From contig JACKLZ010000001.1 in the NCBI GenBank assembly GCA_024235675.1, positions 547,256 through 611,255 of the forward strand: a stretch of 64,000 nt of DNA, given 5' to 3'. The notes below the pieces were generated by a model, which did not search any database, was not told the origin of the DNA, and was given only the letters and a program-made list of their open reading frames with translations. This document shows, in pieces, positions 25,301 through 33,475 of this stretch (position 1 is its first letter; each line of letters begins with the position of its first letter). The position numbers and the translations under genes are program-made. Source of the DNA: Zoogloeaceae bacterium (lineage in GTDB: Bacteria; Pseudomonadota; Gammaproteobacteria; Burkholderiales; Rhodocyclaceae).

Positions 25301-26085
25301 TTCAGGTCTTCGAGCCCTTCAACCGCAAGCTGGCCATCAAATATCCGTTTTCCGCAAAGGCCAGCATCGAAGCCTCGCCTCAGGAAATTGCGCAAGTCTT
25401 TGGCCCCGAGGGCGCCATTGCCAAGTATGTGGACACCACCATGGGGGCGCTTGTCGTACGCCGGGGCAACACGGTGACGCCGCGCACCTGGGGCGATCTC
25501 GGTATCGCGTTGCAGGGCGACTTCATGAATGGTTTCTCGCGCTGGGTATCGCCGCTCGATGGCGCGGCGGCCAACGGCGAAGACGGCAGCGCACAAGCGC
25601 AAACGGTGTTCATGCTGCGTCCGCTGCCCGTGCCCGGCGCGACGGGCTACGTCATCGAGATCGACGGTCAGAAACTCGACTATCGCAACGGCCCGGCGCA
25701 GTGGGCCAACTTTGTGTGGCCCAACGCCGCCGGCCTTCCCGGCGCACGCATCGTGTCAACGACCTTCGACGGCCGAAGCGTCGAACTGGTCAATTTCCCC
25801 GGTCGCTTCGGTCTGGAAAAAATGATCAATTCAGCCCAGCGTGCAAGACAACCCGACAACACCTTCCGCTTGTCGTGGTCGCGTGATGGGGTCGAAGTGA
25901 GTGTCGATCTGCGGGTCGTCAGCAGCGCCCAGGCGCAAGCTGCACCAAGCAATGGAAATGCCCCGCGACGCGGTCTCGGTGGTGTCGCGCTGCCTGCTGA
26001 AATCGCCGGACTGCGTCGCCCACGAGTCGGCGAGCCGACCTCAACACCCGCCGTGGCAATGACAAATGCGGGAGCCGCGCAATGA
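22321..26085 (+). CDS. tssM: T6SS membrane-complex subunit TssM (IcmF)
   Basis: LYELPWY, Walker A GNPAAGKST, TRNCDWFF, LLDTAGRY, INGII, PVYVLFSKADL and FRGFY motifs; three TM segments; C-terminal F.G.FGL domain. Confidence 0.96.
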   Translation: MSRLRSLLSDSRLLAFIGIGAAMAFFFLGAKTLKVALFWAAIASGALLALWLIVWFVRRRRAQRSAEDLGAMLEQQGEHAKATSNDAVKSEIAALQERMHAAVKTIKSSRLGQTSGAAALYELPWYMTIGNPAAGKSTAIVNSGLKFPFDDGGSSVIKGIGGTRNCDWFFTTEGILLDTAGRYSIHEEDRAEWLGFLGLLKKYRPRAPINGIIVTVSIGELLGNSPGFAMTLAKNLRQRVQELTEHLAVFAPVYVLFSKADLIPGFHDFFHDLDWNERDRVWGATLPYDPAGNDDAIAQFDQRFDELYEGLRALSVAQMSRSLGESSPPGLLTFPSEFASIKPALKAFLATLFEENPFQFKPIFRGFYITSALQDGETRPLANERITHKFGLVGDGPMPVRATSNHGFFLKDLFSKVVFADRNLVRQYASRGRIRWRQAAVFGSLCLFGLMLGGWSWSFLNNRELLANVEQDLRQAVRIQDGRLDLQSRFEALAILQDRLGQLERFNDTHPISLGLGLYRGEQLADKLRTEYFAGVSNLMLKPVQENLEAFLIEVNSHAGSTPAKDAVMPVATGSYQKAAPTEVEDAYNALKTYLMLASHEHIEVGHLSDQITRFWRSWLEANRGTMTREQMIRAAERMLSFHLEHANHPEWPTLTNNLAIVDQTRDKLRRVVRGMPAAERVYAELKARASTRFPPMTVSNIVGADNASVISGSYVVSGAFTVDAWRDYVQNAIKEAATSEQNSADWVLKTSVKDDLTLEGSPEQIQKSLIAMYKQEYAEEWTRFVQGISVSAFESFPAAVAGMNRLGDPATSPIGTLIQVIFDQTSWDNPSMANVGIERAQKGFVEWFKRSVLRMAPSRVQVDVNMSAKAVEVAMGPIGKEFAGFGRLMISRDNAEPLSGTYLKQLSKVRTRLNQLKNQGDPGPGAIKLLRETIDGGDSELADTLRFVDEQMLNGMPDNQRAVLRPLLLRPLLQTFSAVIQPAEHELNKSWGIQVFEPFNRKLAIKYPFSAKASIEASPQEIAQVFGPEGAIAKYVDTTMGALVVRRGNTVTPRTWGDLGIALQGDFMNGFSRWVSPLDGAAANGEDGSAQAQTVFMLRPLPVPGATGYVIEIDGQKLDYRNGPAQWANFVWPNAAGLPGARIVSTTFDGRSVELVNFPGRFGLEKMINSAQRARQPDNTFRLSWSRDGVEVSVDLRVVSSAQAQAAPSNGNAPRRGLGGVALPAEIAGLRRPRVGEPTSTPAVAMTNAGAAQ

Positions 26086-27068
26086 CCAGCACCGCAACCG
26101 TTCCAGCGACATGTTTTGGCAAGCTCCCCAGTCGCGGGGATTTTGTGAAGGGGCCGAATCAACACAGCCTGACCCGCATGCTTGATCAGTGGCTCTCCTC
26201 CGCCATGGAGCTGCTTTCCGAAGACCCGCGCTGGAAAGACGCCTATGACGCGGCGCCAGCGGTCGACTTCGCCTTTGTCGGCGCACGGAGCCGCCTGTCG
26301 ATCATTGGTCACCTGCGCCCCAGCCAGGACGCCTCGGGGCGGCGCTTCCCCTTTCTCACCGTGGCAACCATCGAACGTGACGATGTGTTGATGTTCCGCT
26401 GCGGCCCGGCCGGCTTGTCACGCCCGTTTGGCCAACTCCGATCAGTGGCGCGTGCAGCGTTGTCCGGCACCGAGCTGGCGCAGACGCTCGCCGATCTCGT
26501 TGAGTTGAACTGCGGGGAAGACTTTGCGCTGGCGCTGGCCTCTGACCCTTTGGGTCAGTTCGTACGCAGGACATCCATCGCCGGCTTGGCCGAACTGATC
26601 TCGCCGCAGACCCCGCCCGATGCCATTCGCCGAATCATTCTGGCGATTGGTCTGCTCATGCGGCCCGTGCTTGGCAGTGGTGGTAGCCCCATTGAAAAAG
26701 CGCTCGTGTTGCCCTTGCCCGACGACGAGCAACATCGCAATCTCGCAGCCAGCCTCTGGCTGTATCTCGTGACTGCGTTTCTGCGAAAGACAAACTGCGA
26801 ACTGCAGGTTCTCATCGCACGCGATGCACGCGGCGCACGCCTGGTGATCGGCTTCAACGGGGCATCGTCGCGAACGCTGCTGACCGTGATGTCACCCCAG
26901 AGCGCCCCAGAGCACGCGATTGTTCTTGATGATCCCGAATGGATCGAACAACACGACGCGCTTGTCGATGACTACGGCGTGGCAAAGCTGTCGTCTTATC
27001 TGCACCAGGGCGCTACAACGCTGGAGTCTGCGGTGAATACGTTTCGTGAAGTTTTTCTTGGGGAATGA
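26082..27068 (+). CDS. tagF: T6SS-associated post-translational regulator TagF
   Basis: FGKLPSRGDFV and PSQDASGRRFPF motifs; ATGA-coupled to tssM. Confidence 0.92.
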   Translation: MTSTATVPATCFGKLPSRGDFVKGPNQHSLTRMLDQWLSSAMELLSEDPRWKDAYDAAPAVDFAFVGARSRLSIIGHLRPSQDASGRRFPFLTVATIERDDVLMFRCGPAGLSRPFGQLRSVARAALSGTELAQTLADLVELNCGEDFALALASDPLGQFVRRTSIAGLAELISPQTPPDAIRRIILAIGLLMRPVLGSGGSPIEKALVLPLPDDEQHRNLAASLWLYLVTAFLRKTNCELQVLIARDARGARLVIGFNGASSRTLLTVMSPQSAPEHAIVLDDPEWIEQHDALVDDYGVAKLSSYLHQGATTLESAVNTFREVFLGE

Positions 27069-27850
27069 GCATGCTTTTCCGGTTCAGCATCGCCGTCGCG
27101 CTTGGTCTGTCTGGTGCCTGCGCCATTGCGCAAAACACACCAGCCGCAGCGCAGCCGGTCAAAGAAGTCGTGGCTTCGGGTGTCGTGCCCGATGAGGCCG
27201 CGCGCAGCGCCATCCTCACCCGCCTGCGCGATGTTTACGGCGCGAGCCTGGTCGTCGACCGCCTGGAGGTGGGCGGCGTGGTGCCGCCGCCAAACTGGAC
27301 GGAGTACATGTCCAAACTGCTTGGTCCGAATCTCAAGCAGATTCGCGGCGGCCAACTACAGGTCAATGGAACGCAAATTGCGCTCAAGGGCACGGTTTCC
27401 AATGAAGCCCAGCGGCAGAAGATCGTGAGTGACATGGCGACGGCGCTAAATCCGACCTACACCGTCGACAACGCCTTGGTCGTGGGCGCCAGCGCCCAGT
27501 CGATGCTGGACCAGACGCTATCGAATCGTGTGATTGAATTTGAGGTCAGCTCGGCGACGCTCACGCCGACCGGAATCGCCATCGTCGACGAGATGGAAGC
27601 GGCCATCAAACAACTCGGCACACCCCGCATCCAGATCATCGGCCATACCGACAGCAGTGGCGACCGGATGTCCAATGTGGTGTTGAGCCTGGCGCGCGCC
27701 AACAGCGTACGCGAGTACTTGATCGTCAAAGGCATACCCGAGGCCAGCATGAGTGCTTTGGGCGCAGGCCCGGATCGCCCGGTCGCGTCCAACGATACGC
27801 CGGAAGGACGCACCAAGAACCGGCGCATCGAGTTCCGACTTGCAAACTAG
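27065..27850 (+). CDS. OmpA/MotB-family peptidoglycan-binding protein with an N-terminal BON-like region (TagN-like)
   Basis: Signal peptide; IIGHTDSSG, LSLARA..V..YL and N.T.EGR..NRRIEF motifs. Confidence 0.9.
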   Translation: MSMLFRFSIAVALGLSGACAIAQNTPAAAQPVKEVVASGVVPDEAARSAILTRLRDVYGASLVVDRLEVGGVVPPPNWTEYMSKLLGPNLKQIRGGQLQVNGTQIALKGTVSNEAQRQKIVSDMATALNPTYTVDNALVVGASAQSMLDQTLSNRVIEFEVSSATLTPTGIAIVDEMEAAIKQLGTPRIQIIGHTDSSGDRMSNVVLSLARANSVREYLIVKGIPEASMSALGAGPDRPVASNDTPEGRTKNRRIEFRLAN

Positions 27851-27967
27851 TCTTGGTGCGGCGGCTCTCAAGCAACCTGAGTTGCTCAACACGGCCACGA
27901 CGCCTTATCGGCACATCGCAAGCCGGACGGGAGCGCGCGCCGGTGGCGTCAGGCAACTGAGCGAGGC

Positions 27968-29062
27968 TCAACAGTCGGGCTCGCTCGCCTCGTGCGGCGT
28001 CGGCACAACCCCAAGCAGATCTTCCATCTGTGACAGTGCGGTGTCGTCCTTGACGACGGCGCGCAACCACTCGTGCAGTGACATATTGCCCCAGCGTGCC
28101 GCCTTTTCCGCCAGATAGGCGACGGGGCTGTGGGGTTCGGTACGCTTGAAGAACGCGGCAATGTCATTGAGTTGCCGAATGGCGTCTTCCCGGCTCTGAA
28201 CCGGACCGGCCAGCCGGGCGGCATTCTGAGGCGCCGAGTCTTTTGCAGGCATCACGTTCTCCTGCGCCGGCTGCGTGTCTGTCTTCTGCGTCTTGCCTGG
28301 CCAAACGCCGGCGTCGGACGCATAGCGTCGACATGCCCCGTCGAGGTCTTCAAGCGCATCAAACACCGCGCCAAAGGCTGGCGCCTCATCTGCGAGTGCG
28401 GCATCAATGACCGCTTTGAATGAACCGATGGCGGTTCTTGCACGTTCAACGGTGGCGAGGGTGCTGACAAAATGCTGCGCAGGGGAATCCTTGCGGGCCG
28501 CCTCGAACTGCGGCATGGTCAGGTGTGCCTTGCGGGCCAGATCGTCTGCCATGCCGGGGTTGCGCTCCATGCTCGATGCAGTCGCCCGCGCCGACTCAAG
28601 GTCTTGCAGCGAATAGCGACCTTTGGACGATTGAGTGAGCGGAAATTCACGAATCAGTCGGGCCGAGCGATTGACCAACCAGTCGAGACTGCCAACGCGT
28701 TGCCCGTAGTCGCCGTCTTCAGGCAAGGGGTGTAGCGTTGGCCACCACTGGCCGCACAGCCGGTTCAACAGGATGTAGCCGTCGGCGAGCCCCTCGAGCC
28801 CGCGCGTCTGGCACATTGCCTCGGTCAGCCAGACGGCGACCCGAATATCCTTGGTACGGCCGGCCAGCAGGGTTTCGCAGATCTGAACGACGCGCGGCCA
28901 ATCAGCCTCTTTGACATCGGTGATCCATTCGCCTTGCGCCAAGGACGGATCGTCATGTCGGCGCGCCTCCTGGATCATGTCGAACTCGGCGGAAAACATC
29001 ATGTCCAGCCCGCAGGGTGCGGTCGCACCGGTCAGCGGGCGCATCAAGGCATCGATATCCAT
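27968..29062 (-). CDS. tssA: T6SS protein TssA (ImpA_N plus C-terminal domain)
   Basis: MDIDALMRPL, CG.D, ADWP.V, KDIRVAVWL, WW..LHP and C-terminal SREDAIRQL..IA.FF.RTEPHSP motifs. Confidence 0.93.
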   Translation of the reverse strand: MDIDALMRPLTGATAPCGLDMMFSAEFDMIQEARRHDDPSLAQGEWITDVKEADWPRVVQICETLLAGRTKDIRVAVWLTEAMCQTRGLEGLADGYILLNRLCGQWWPTLHPLPEDGDYGQRVGSLDWLVNRSARLIREFPLTQSSKGRYSLQDLESARATASSMERNPGMADDLARKAHLTMPQFEAARKDSPAQHFVSTLATVERARTAIGSFKAVIDAALADEAPAFGAVFDALEDLDGACRRYASDAGVWPGKTQKTDTQPAQENVMPAKDSAPQNAARLAGPVQSREDAIRQLNDIAAFFKRTEPHSPVAYLAEKAARWGNMSLHEWLRAVVKDDTALSQMEDLLGVVPTPHEASEPDC

Positions 29063-29194
29063 TGGGGACTCTTGTGCAACCAAAGCCGTGGTTATACAAC
29101 ATGCATTCGTCACGCGAAAGCATGACATGGCGATATCTTTGTGTTTTTCCTTGCCAGAACCTTCACACGATACGTTCAGGTCCGAAACGCGATC

Positions 29195-29224
29195 AAAAAA
29201 AGGGCGGCCCGTCGCAGGCCGCCC
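29195..29224 (-). terminator. Rho-independent terminator of oprC
   Basis: GGGCGGCC/GGCCGCCC 8-bp stem followed by T7 on the minus strand, 21 nt after the oprC stop. Confidence 0.82.
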
Positions 29225-29244
29225 GCGGTTTTGAATCACGTGAT

Positions 29245-31257
29245 TCAGTCGAGCGCCAAGCGAAGCTTGAGCCAAAGTGTCCGCCCCGGCTCGTTGATCC
29301 GATCTGTCGTGTCGTAGCCCGAAATGCTCGCCCCGCTGCGCGAGATGTGTTCCGCATAGGTTTTGTCGAACAGGTTGTCGATGCCTGCCGAGATCAGGGT
29401 GCGCTTGTTGGGGGTGTAGCTGGCATTGATCGAGAACACGCTAAAGCCACCCGTTTCGCCGACGTCCTGCCCAACGATATTACCGGTGCCAACGCTTACG
29501 CGGTCCTGACCCGACACCAGCCGCCACAGGGCACCTGCTGACCAGCTGTCGGTTTTGTAGTTGATGCCCAGACGCCCTTCCAGCGGCGGGATCTGCCCGA
29601 GCGCGGTGTCGTCGGTGTCGTTTTCGCCACGAACCCACGCAAGCGTGGCCGTACCGGTCCAGTGGCTGCTGAAGTCATAGCGCAGATCGGCTTCGGCGCC
29701 CCAGGTGGTGGCGTCGACATTGCGGGCGTTACTGGCCCAGGTGCTGACCGCTGGCAGCGTCTCGATCAGGATGTAGTCAGAGTGTTTGGCAAAAAACGCC
29801 GAGACCGACGCCTGCGCCGGACCGGCCTGATGCAGCGCACCGATATCGAGCTGCGTGGTCTTCTCGGGCTTGATGTCGAAAGTGCTGGCGGTGCCGGTCA
29901 TCATCATTGTCGTGGCCTGGGGGTTCTTGTTGCGCTCCCAGTAGTCAGCGGCGCGTTCGCTGTGGCCAAGGCCGGCGTAGAGCGTCTTGCCACCGCCCAG
30001 ATCGTGCTCATAGCGCAGGAAGCCGGCTTTCAGCGTATCGGTTTCCTCGGTACCGGAGGTGGTCTTGCCCGTGCGCTCGTCTTCGGCACGACTGCGGTCA
30101 ATGCGCAAACCACCGATCATGCGGTGGCCGTCGGCAAACGCGTGCTGCAACTCGCCAAACACGCCATAGCTATAGAAACGCATATCGGCCGTGCGGGAAA
30201 GCGACTCGTAGTCTGGAATGCCCGCCATGCTGCTGGCCTTGCGCAGGGTGTGTTCGTTGCGCTGGAGTTCCGCGCCCAGGTCGAGCACGGTGGCGTCGCT
30301 GAGGTTGAGCGTCGCGGCGACGCGGCTTCCCTGGGTCTCGCGGTCTGGATTATTGACGGACTTCATGCCGGTGTTGGCGCGCAGCGAGTAGTTGTCCATC
30401 ACGTGGTCAACATAGTTGCGATAGATCTGCGCCTCGATTTTGGCCAGGAGCGGCGAGATGTTGGATTTTTCGAACTTCAGCCCGATGTTCTCGCGGTCGA
30501 ACTTGACGCCGTCCATGGAGCGATCGCCGTAGCGCGCTTCGCCGTCGCTCTTGGCGAGCGAGAGTTCAAGGCGCGTGTCGCGGTCCGGCGTCCAACCCAG
30601 CGCGAGGTTGGTACTCCAACGCGTGTAGGCCGAGTGCACCTCGTTGCCGGCGCCGTCCTTGTAGTTGTTGGCGTCGGAACGTGTTGCGGCAACATCAGCG
30701 TAAAAACCGGGCGTGCCGGCCTGTCCGGTGAGCACCTGATCATTGCGGTCGGCGCTGCCCATCAGCAGGCTCATGTCGCCTTTGACCCCTGCCGTCTCGA
30801 ACGACGGCGCCTGGCGCTCAAACAGCACCACGCCCGCGCTGTTACCGGGGCCGTATTTGACACTCTGCGGCCCTTTGAGCACGGTGACTTTGTCGTAGGC
30901 TTCAGGAAACACGTACGCCGTCGGCGGGTCCATGCGCATTCCGCAGCCGCCGAGGACCATCTCGCCATCGAGCAGAATGCCCAGCCGCGATGCGGCCATG
31001 CCGCGGAATACCGGGTCACCATCGGTGCCGCCCTTGCGGATCACCGAGAAGCCGGGAATATTCTTCAGCAGATCGGCGCCGTCATGCGCCGGAATCGGCT
31101 GACGCGCGGCCTTGGGGTCAGTCGTGACAACCAGTGCTTCGGCCATGGCGGGCGCGGTCACCACCACGTGATCCATGATTTTGTCGGTGCTCTGCGCGAG
31201 TGCGCCGTGGGCGAGCAACAGGCCGATGGCGGCGGGCAGCATTTTCATTCGTGTCAT
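29245..31257 (-). CDS. oprC: TonB-dependent copper receptor (OprC/NosA type)
   Basis: Signal peptide; plug motif GGCGMRMDPPT (CxxxM) and DHVMDN (HxM), matching the OprC copper site; Met-rich loop; C-terminal NEPGRTLW. Confidence 0.92.
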   Translation of the reverse strand: MTRMKMLPAAIGLLLAHGALAQSTDKIMDHVVVTAPAMAEALVVTTDPKAARQPIPAHDGADLLKNIPGFSVIRKGGTDGDPVFRGMAASRLGILLDGEMVLGGCGMRMDPPTAYVFPEAYDKVTVLKGPQSVKYGPGNSAGVVLFERQAPSFETAGVKGDMSLLMGSADRNDQVLTGQAGTPGFYADVAATRSDANNYKDGAGNEVHSAYTRWSTNLALGWTPDRDTRLELSLAKSDGEARYGDRSMDGVKFDRENIGLKFEKSNISPLLAKIEAQIYRNYVDHVMDNYSLRANTGMKSVNNPDRETQGSRVAATLNLSDATVLDLGAELQRNEHTLRKASSMAGIPDYESLSRTADMRFYSYGVFGELQHAFADGHRMIGGLRIDRSRAEDERTGKTTSGTEETDTLKAGFLRYEHDLGGGKTLYAGLGHSERAADYWERNKNPQATTMMMTGTASTFDIKPEKTTQLDIGALHQAGPAQASVSAFFAKHSDYILIETLPAVSTWASNARNVDATTWGAEADLRYDFSSHWTGTATLAWVRGENDTDDTALGQIPPLEGRLGINYKTDSWSAGALWRLVSGQDRVSVGTGNIVGQDVGETGGFSVFSINASYTPNKRTLISAGIDNLFDKTYAEHISRSGASISGYDTTDRINEPGRTLWLKLRLALD

Positions 31258-31359
31258 TCGGGACTCCCGGAAGCTGTGTGCTGAATTTGGACCGGGCGAA
31301 GCATAAGAAAATGGTGATATGCCACGTTTGACCTACCGCAAGATTCGCCTGCCGAATAC

Positions 31360-31376
31360 TGCGACAGATCGTCGCA
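31360..31376. promoter_or_regulatory. Perfect palindrome TGCGAC-N5-GTCGCA upstream of oprC (RegA/PrrA-type box)
   Basis: TGCGAC-AGATC-GTCGCA about 100 bp upstream of the oprC ATG. The regulator assignment rests on resemblance only. Confidence 0.55.
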
Positions 31377-31413
31377 AGCCTTTATCTACAAGGCGTGTGG
31401 CGAAGCACGAAGT

Positions 31414-31442
31414 AAAAACGGCATGCTCGCGAGCATGCCGTT
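31414..31442 (-). terminator. Terminator of the BON-domain gene
   Basis: Palindrome AACGGCATGCTCG/CGAGCATGCCGTT with a T-run on the minus strand, downstream of the BON stop. Confidence 0.78.
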
Positions 31443-31488
31443 CAAGGGCGATACCGTGCACAGAGTGCACCGTCGGATATGCCGCGTG

Positions 31489-31830
31489 TTAGCTGCCGGT
31501 CGGCGGCGCCAGTTCATTGATGACGCGCTTGACGCCTTCAACCCCTGCGGCGCGCTGAGCCGCCGCATCGCGTTGCGCGGGTGAGCTCACCTGCCCGCTC
31601 AGCAAAATCACGCCGTCGCTCACATCTACCCGAATCTTGGCGTCCTGCAGCGTCGTCGTTTCGGCCAAGGCGGCCTCGACCTTGCCTTTGATTGCCGCGT
31701 CGGCTGCCGACACGCTAAGGACGGGTTTTGCCGTGCTATCCGGCGTACCGGCCGCTTGGCCGGGCTGGACGAGTCCAAAGGACAAGGCGGCGATGGCGAT
31801 GAGACTGGCGGTGGTAAATCCGTGTTTCAT
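31489..31830 (-). CDS. Single-BON-domain periplasmic protein (OsmY-like)
   Basis: AGGAG RBS, signal peptide, and D..I..KV.A.L / IRVDVSDGVILLSG / A..VEGVKRVINEL motifs. Confidence 0.9.
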   Translation of the reverse strand: MKHGFTTASLIAIAALSFGLVQPGQAAGTPDSTAKPVLSVSAADAAIKGKVEAALAETTTLQDAKIRVDVSDGVILLSGQVSSPAQRDAAAQRAAGVEGVKRVINELAPPTGS

Positions 31831-31887
31831 GATGTCACTCCTGTTTGAGACAAGTGATGACGCCGAAAGGGTCGTCACAGCGACTAC

Positions 31888-31903
31888 AGCAGCGATCATG
31901 CCA
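31888..31903 (-). promoter_or_regulatory. Sigma-54 (-24/-12) promoter of the BON gene
   Basis: Minus strand TGGCATGATCGCTGCT has exact GG-N10-GC spacing, 58 bp upstream of the ATG. Confidence 0.72.
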
Positions 31904-31987
31904 ATTAGATGATTCCTTCTGAAATCATGGACTTACCAGAGCTCGCCAAACTGAACCCGACTCGCCGGCTCGCAATCCCTGGGGATT

Positions 31988-32005
31988 TGTCGCTGCATGA
32001 CAACA
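31988..32005. promoter_or_regulatory. GlrR-type enhancer site (one mismatch)
   Basis: TGTC-GCTGCATGAC-AACA against the consensus TGTC-N10-GACA. Confidence 0.55.
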
Positions 32006-32047
32006 GCAAAGTGCCGGATAGGTCGCAATCTCCGATGCAGACAGGGC

Positions 32048-33475
32048 TTACGCCCGTCCCGGTGCTGCGACATCGTTTGTCTCGTCGGCCAGGCGGAACA
32101 TCGCTGGCGTCAGCGTATGGCGCTGCAAGAGCCGGTAAAACTCGGTGCGATTGCGATCGGCCAGACGGGCCGCATCGGTGACGTTGCCGCCCGTCAGCTT
32201 CAGCACCTGCGTCAGGTATTCACGCTCGAAGCGCTGGCGCGCCTCGGCATAGGTCAGTACCTCGACGGAAGGCGTGCGCAAGGCGCGTTGAACCAGGGTG
32301 GCGGCAATCAGTGGCGTCGTGGTGAGTGCACAGACCTGCTCGACCACGTTGTAAAGCTGGCGCACATTGCCCGGCCAGGCGGCGGCCACCAGCATTTCCA
32401 GCGCCTCAGGGGCAAACCCGTGAATGGTCTTGCCGTACTTCTCCGACAGACTACGGATGAAGTGGCCGGCGAGCAGCGGGATGTCCTCGCGCCGCGCATC
32501 GAGTGAGGGCAGCGTCAGGCGAACGACGTTGAGCCGGTAATACAGGTCTTCGCGAAAGCTGCCCTCGTGCATGGCCGCATCCAGATCGCGATGCGTGGCC
32601 GAAATAATGCGGACATCGACTGGCCGCGCTCGTGTCGCTCCGACCGGACGAACCGCCCGCTCCTGCAACACGCGCAGCAGCTTGACCTGCAGCGGCAGCG
32701 GCATGTCGCCGATTTCATCCAGAAACAGCGTGCCGCCATCGGCGCTGAGGAACAGACCGTCATGCGCGGTGCTGGCCCCCGTGAACGCGCCTTTCACATG
32801 CCCGAACAGCTCCGACTCCAGCAAGGCCTCGGGAATCGCGCCGCAGTTGATCGCCACGAAGGGATGTTCGGCACGCACACTGGCGCGATGGATCGCTCGC
32901 GCCAGCAATTCCTTGCCGCTGCCGCTGGCACCGCGGATGAGCACGCTGGCGTCGCCGGCAGCGACCATGCGCGCCTCCTCGAGCACCTCGTTCATGCACG
33001 CGCTGCGACTGACGATCTCGGCGCGCCAGGCCTGGCTGTTTTCTCCGGCCTTGAGCGCGCGCGGTGCGGAGACATCGAGCGCCCGGCGCACCTTGTCGAG
33101 CAAGACGCGGCTGTCAAAAGGTTTGGTCAGGTAACCGAACACGCCCCGCGCGGTGGCATCGACCGCATCGGGGATGCTGCCGTGGGCGGTGAGCAGGATA
33201 ACGGGCAGACCGGGGTGGGTGCGACGGATTTCATCAAACAAGGCCAGGCCGTCGCGGCCCGGCAAGCGCACATCGCTGAGCACCAGGTCCGGCGAACGCA
33301 CGGCGAGGTGGGCCAACGCTGCCTCGGCGGAGTCCACGGCATCAACCTGGTAGCCGCTGGCGCGCAAACGCATGGACAAGAGGCGCAGCAGATCAGGGTC
33401 GTCGTCGACCAGAAGCAGGCGGGGTGACTCGGGCGCATCGCTGTTTGAGGTCTCTGCGCGCATGGCGAGATTCAT
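32048..33475 (-). CDS. glrR: Sigma-54-dependent response regulator GlrR/QseF
   Basis: REC domain (LLLVDDD, LSDVRLP, LTAHGSI..AV, LTKPF), AAA+ domain with GASGSGKE, ESELFGHVKGAFTGA and FREDLYYRLNV, and C-terminal GNVTDAARLADRNRTEFYRLL typical of GlrR. Confidence 0.93.
   Translation of the reverse strand: MNLAMRAETSNSDAPESPRLLLVDDDPDLLRLLSMRLRASGYQVDAVDSAEAALAHLAVRSPDLVLSDVRLPGRDGLALFDEIRRTHPGLPVILLTAHGSIPDAVDATARGVFGYLTKPFDSRVLLDKVRRALDVSAPRALKAGENSQAWRAEIVSRSACMNEVLEEARMVAAGDASVLIRGASGSGKELLARAIHRASVRAEHPFVAINCGAIPEALLESELFGHVKGAFTGASTAHDGLFLSADGGTLFLDEIGDMPLPLQVKLLRVLQERAVRPVGATRARPVDVRIISATHRDLDAAMHEGSFREDLYYRLNVVRLTLPSLDARREDIPLLAGHFIRSLSEKYGKTIHGFAPEALEMLVAAAWPGNVRQLYNVVEQVCALTTTPLIAATLVQRALRTPSVEVLTYAEARQRFEREYLTQVLKLTGGNVTDAARLADRNRTEFYRLLQRHTLTPAMFRLADETNDVAAPGRA
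32055..32072. promoter_or_regulatory. GlrR-type enhancer site (one mismatch) inside the last codons of glrR
   Basis: CGTC-CCGGTGCTGC-GACA, 67 bp from the site at 31988. Confidence 0.5.

Noticed and set aside
18600-29240. T6SS block as a mobile genomic island
   Set aside because: No integrase, transposase, tRNA or flanking direct repeats were seen.
29662-31284. 540-aa + strand ORF opposite oprC, and similar long antisense ORFs at 33990-35429, 47798-49027 and 58930-60282
   Set aside because: These are codon-mirror shadow frames of well-supported genes, typical of GC-rich DNA; they have no RBS or family motifs.
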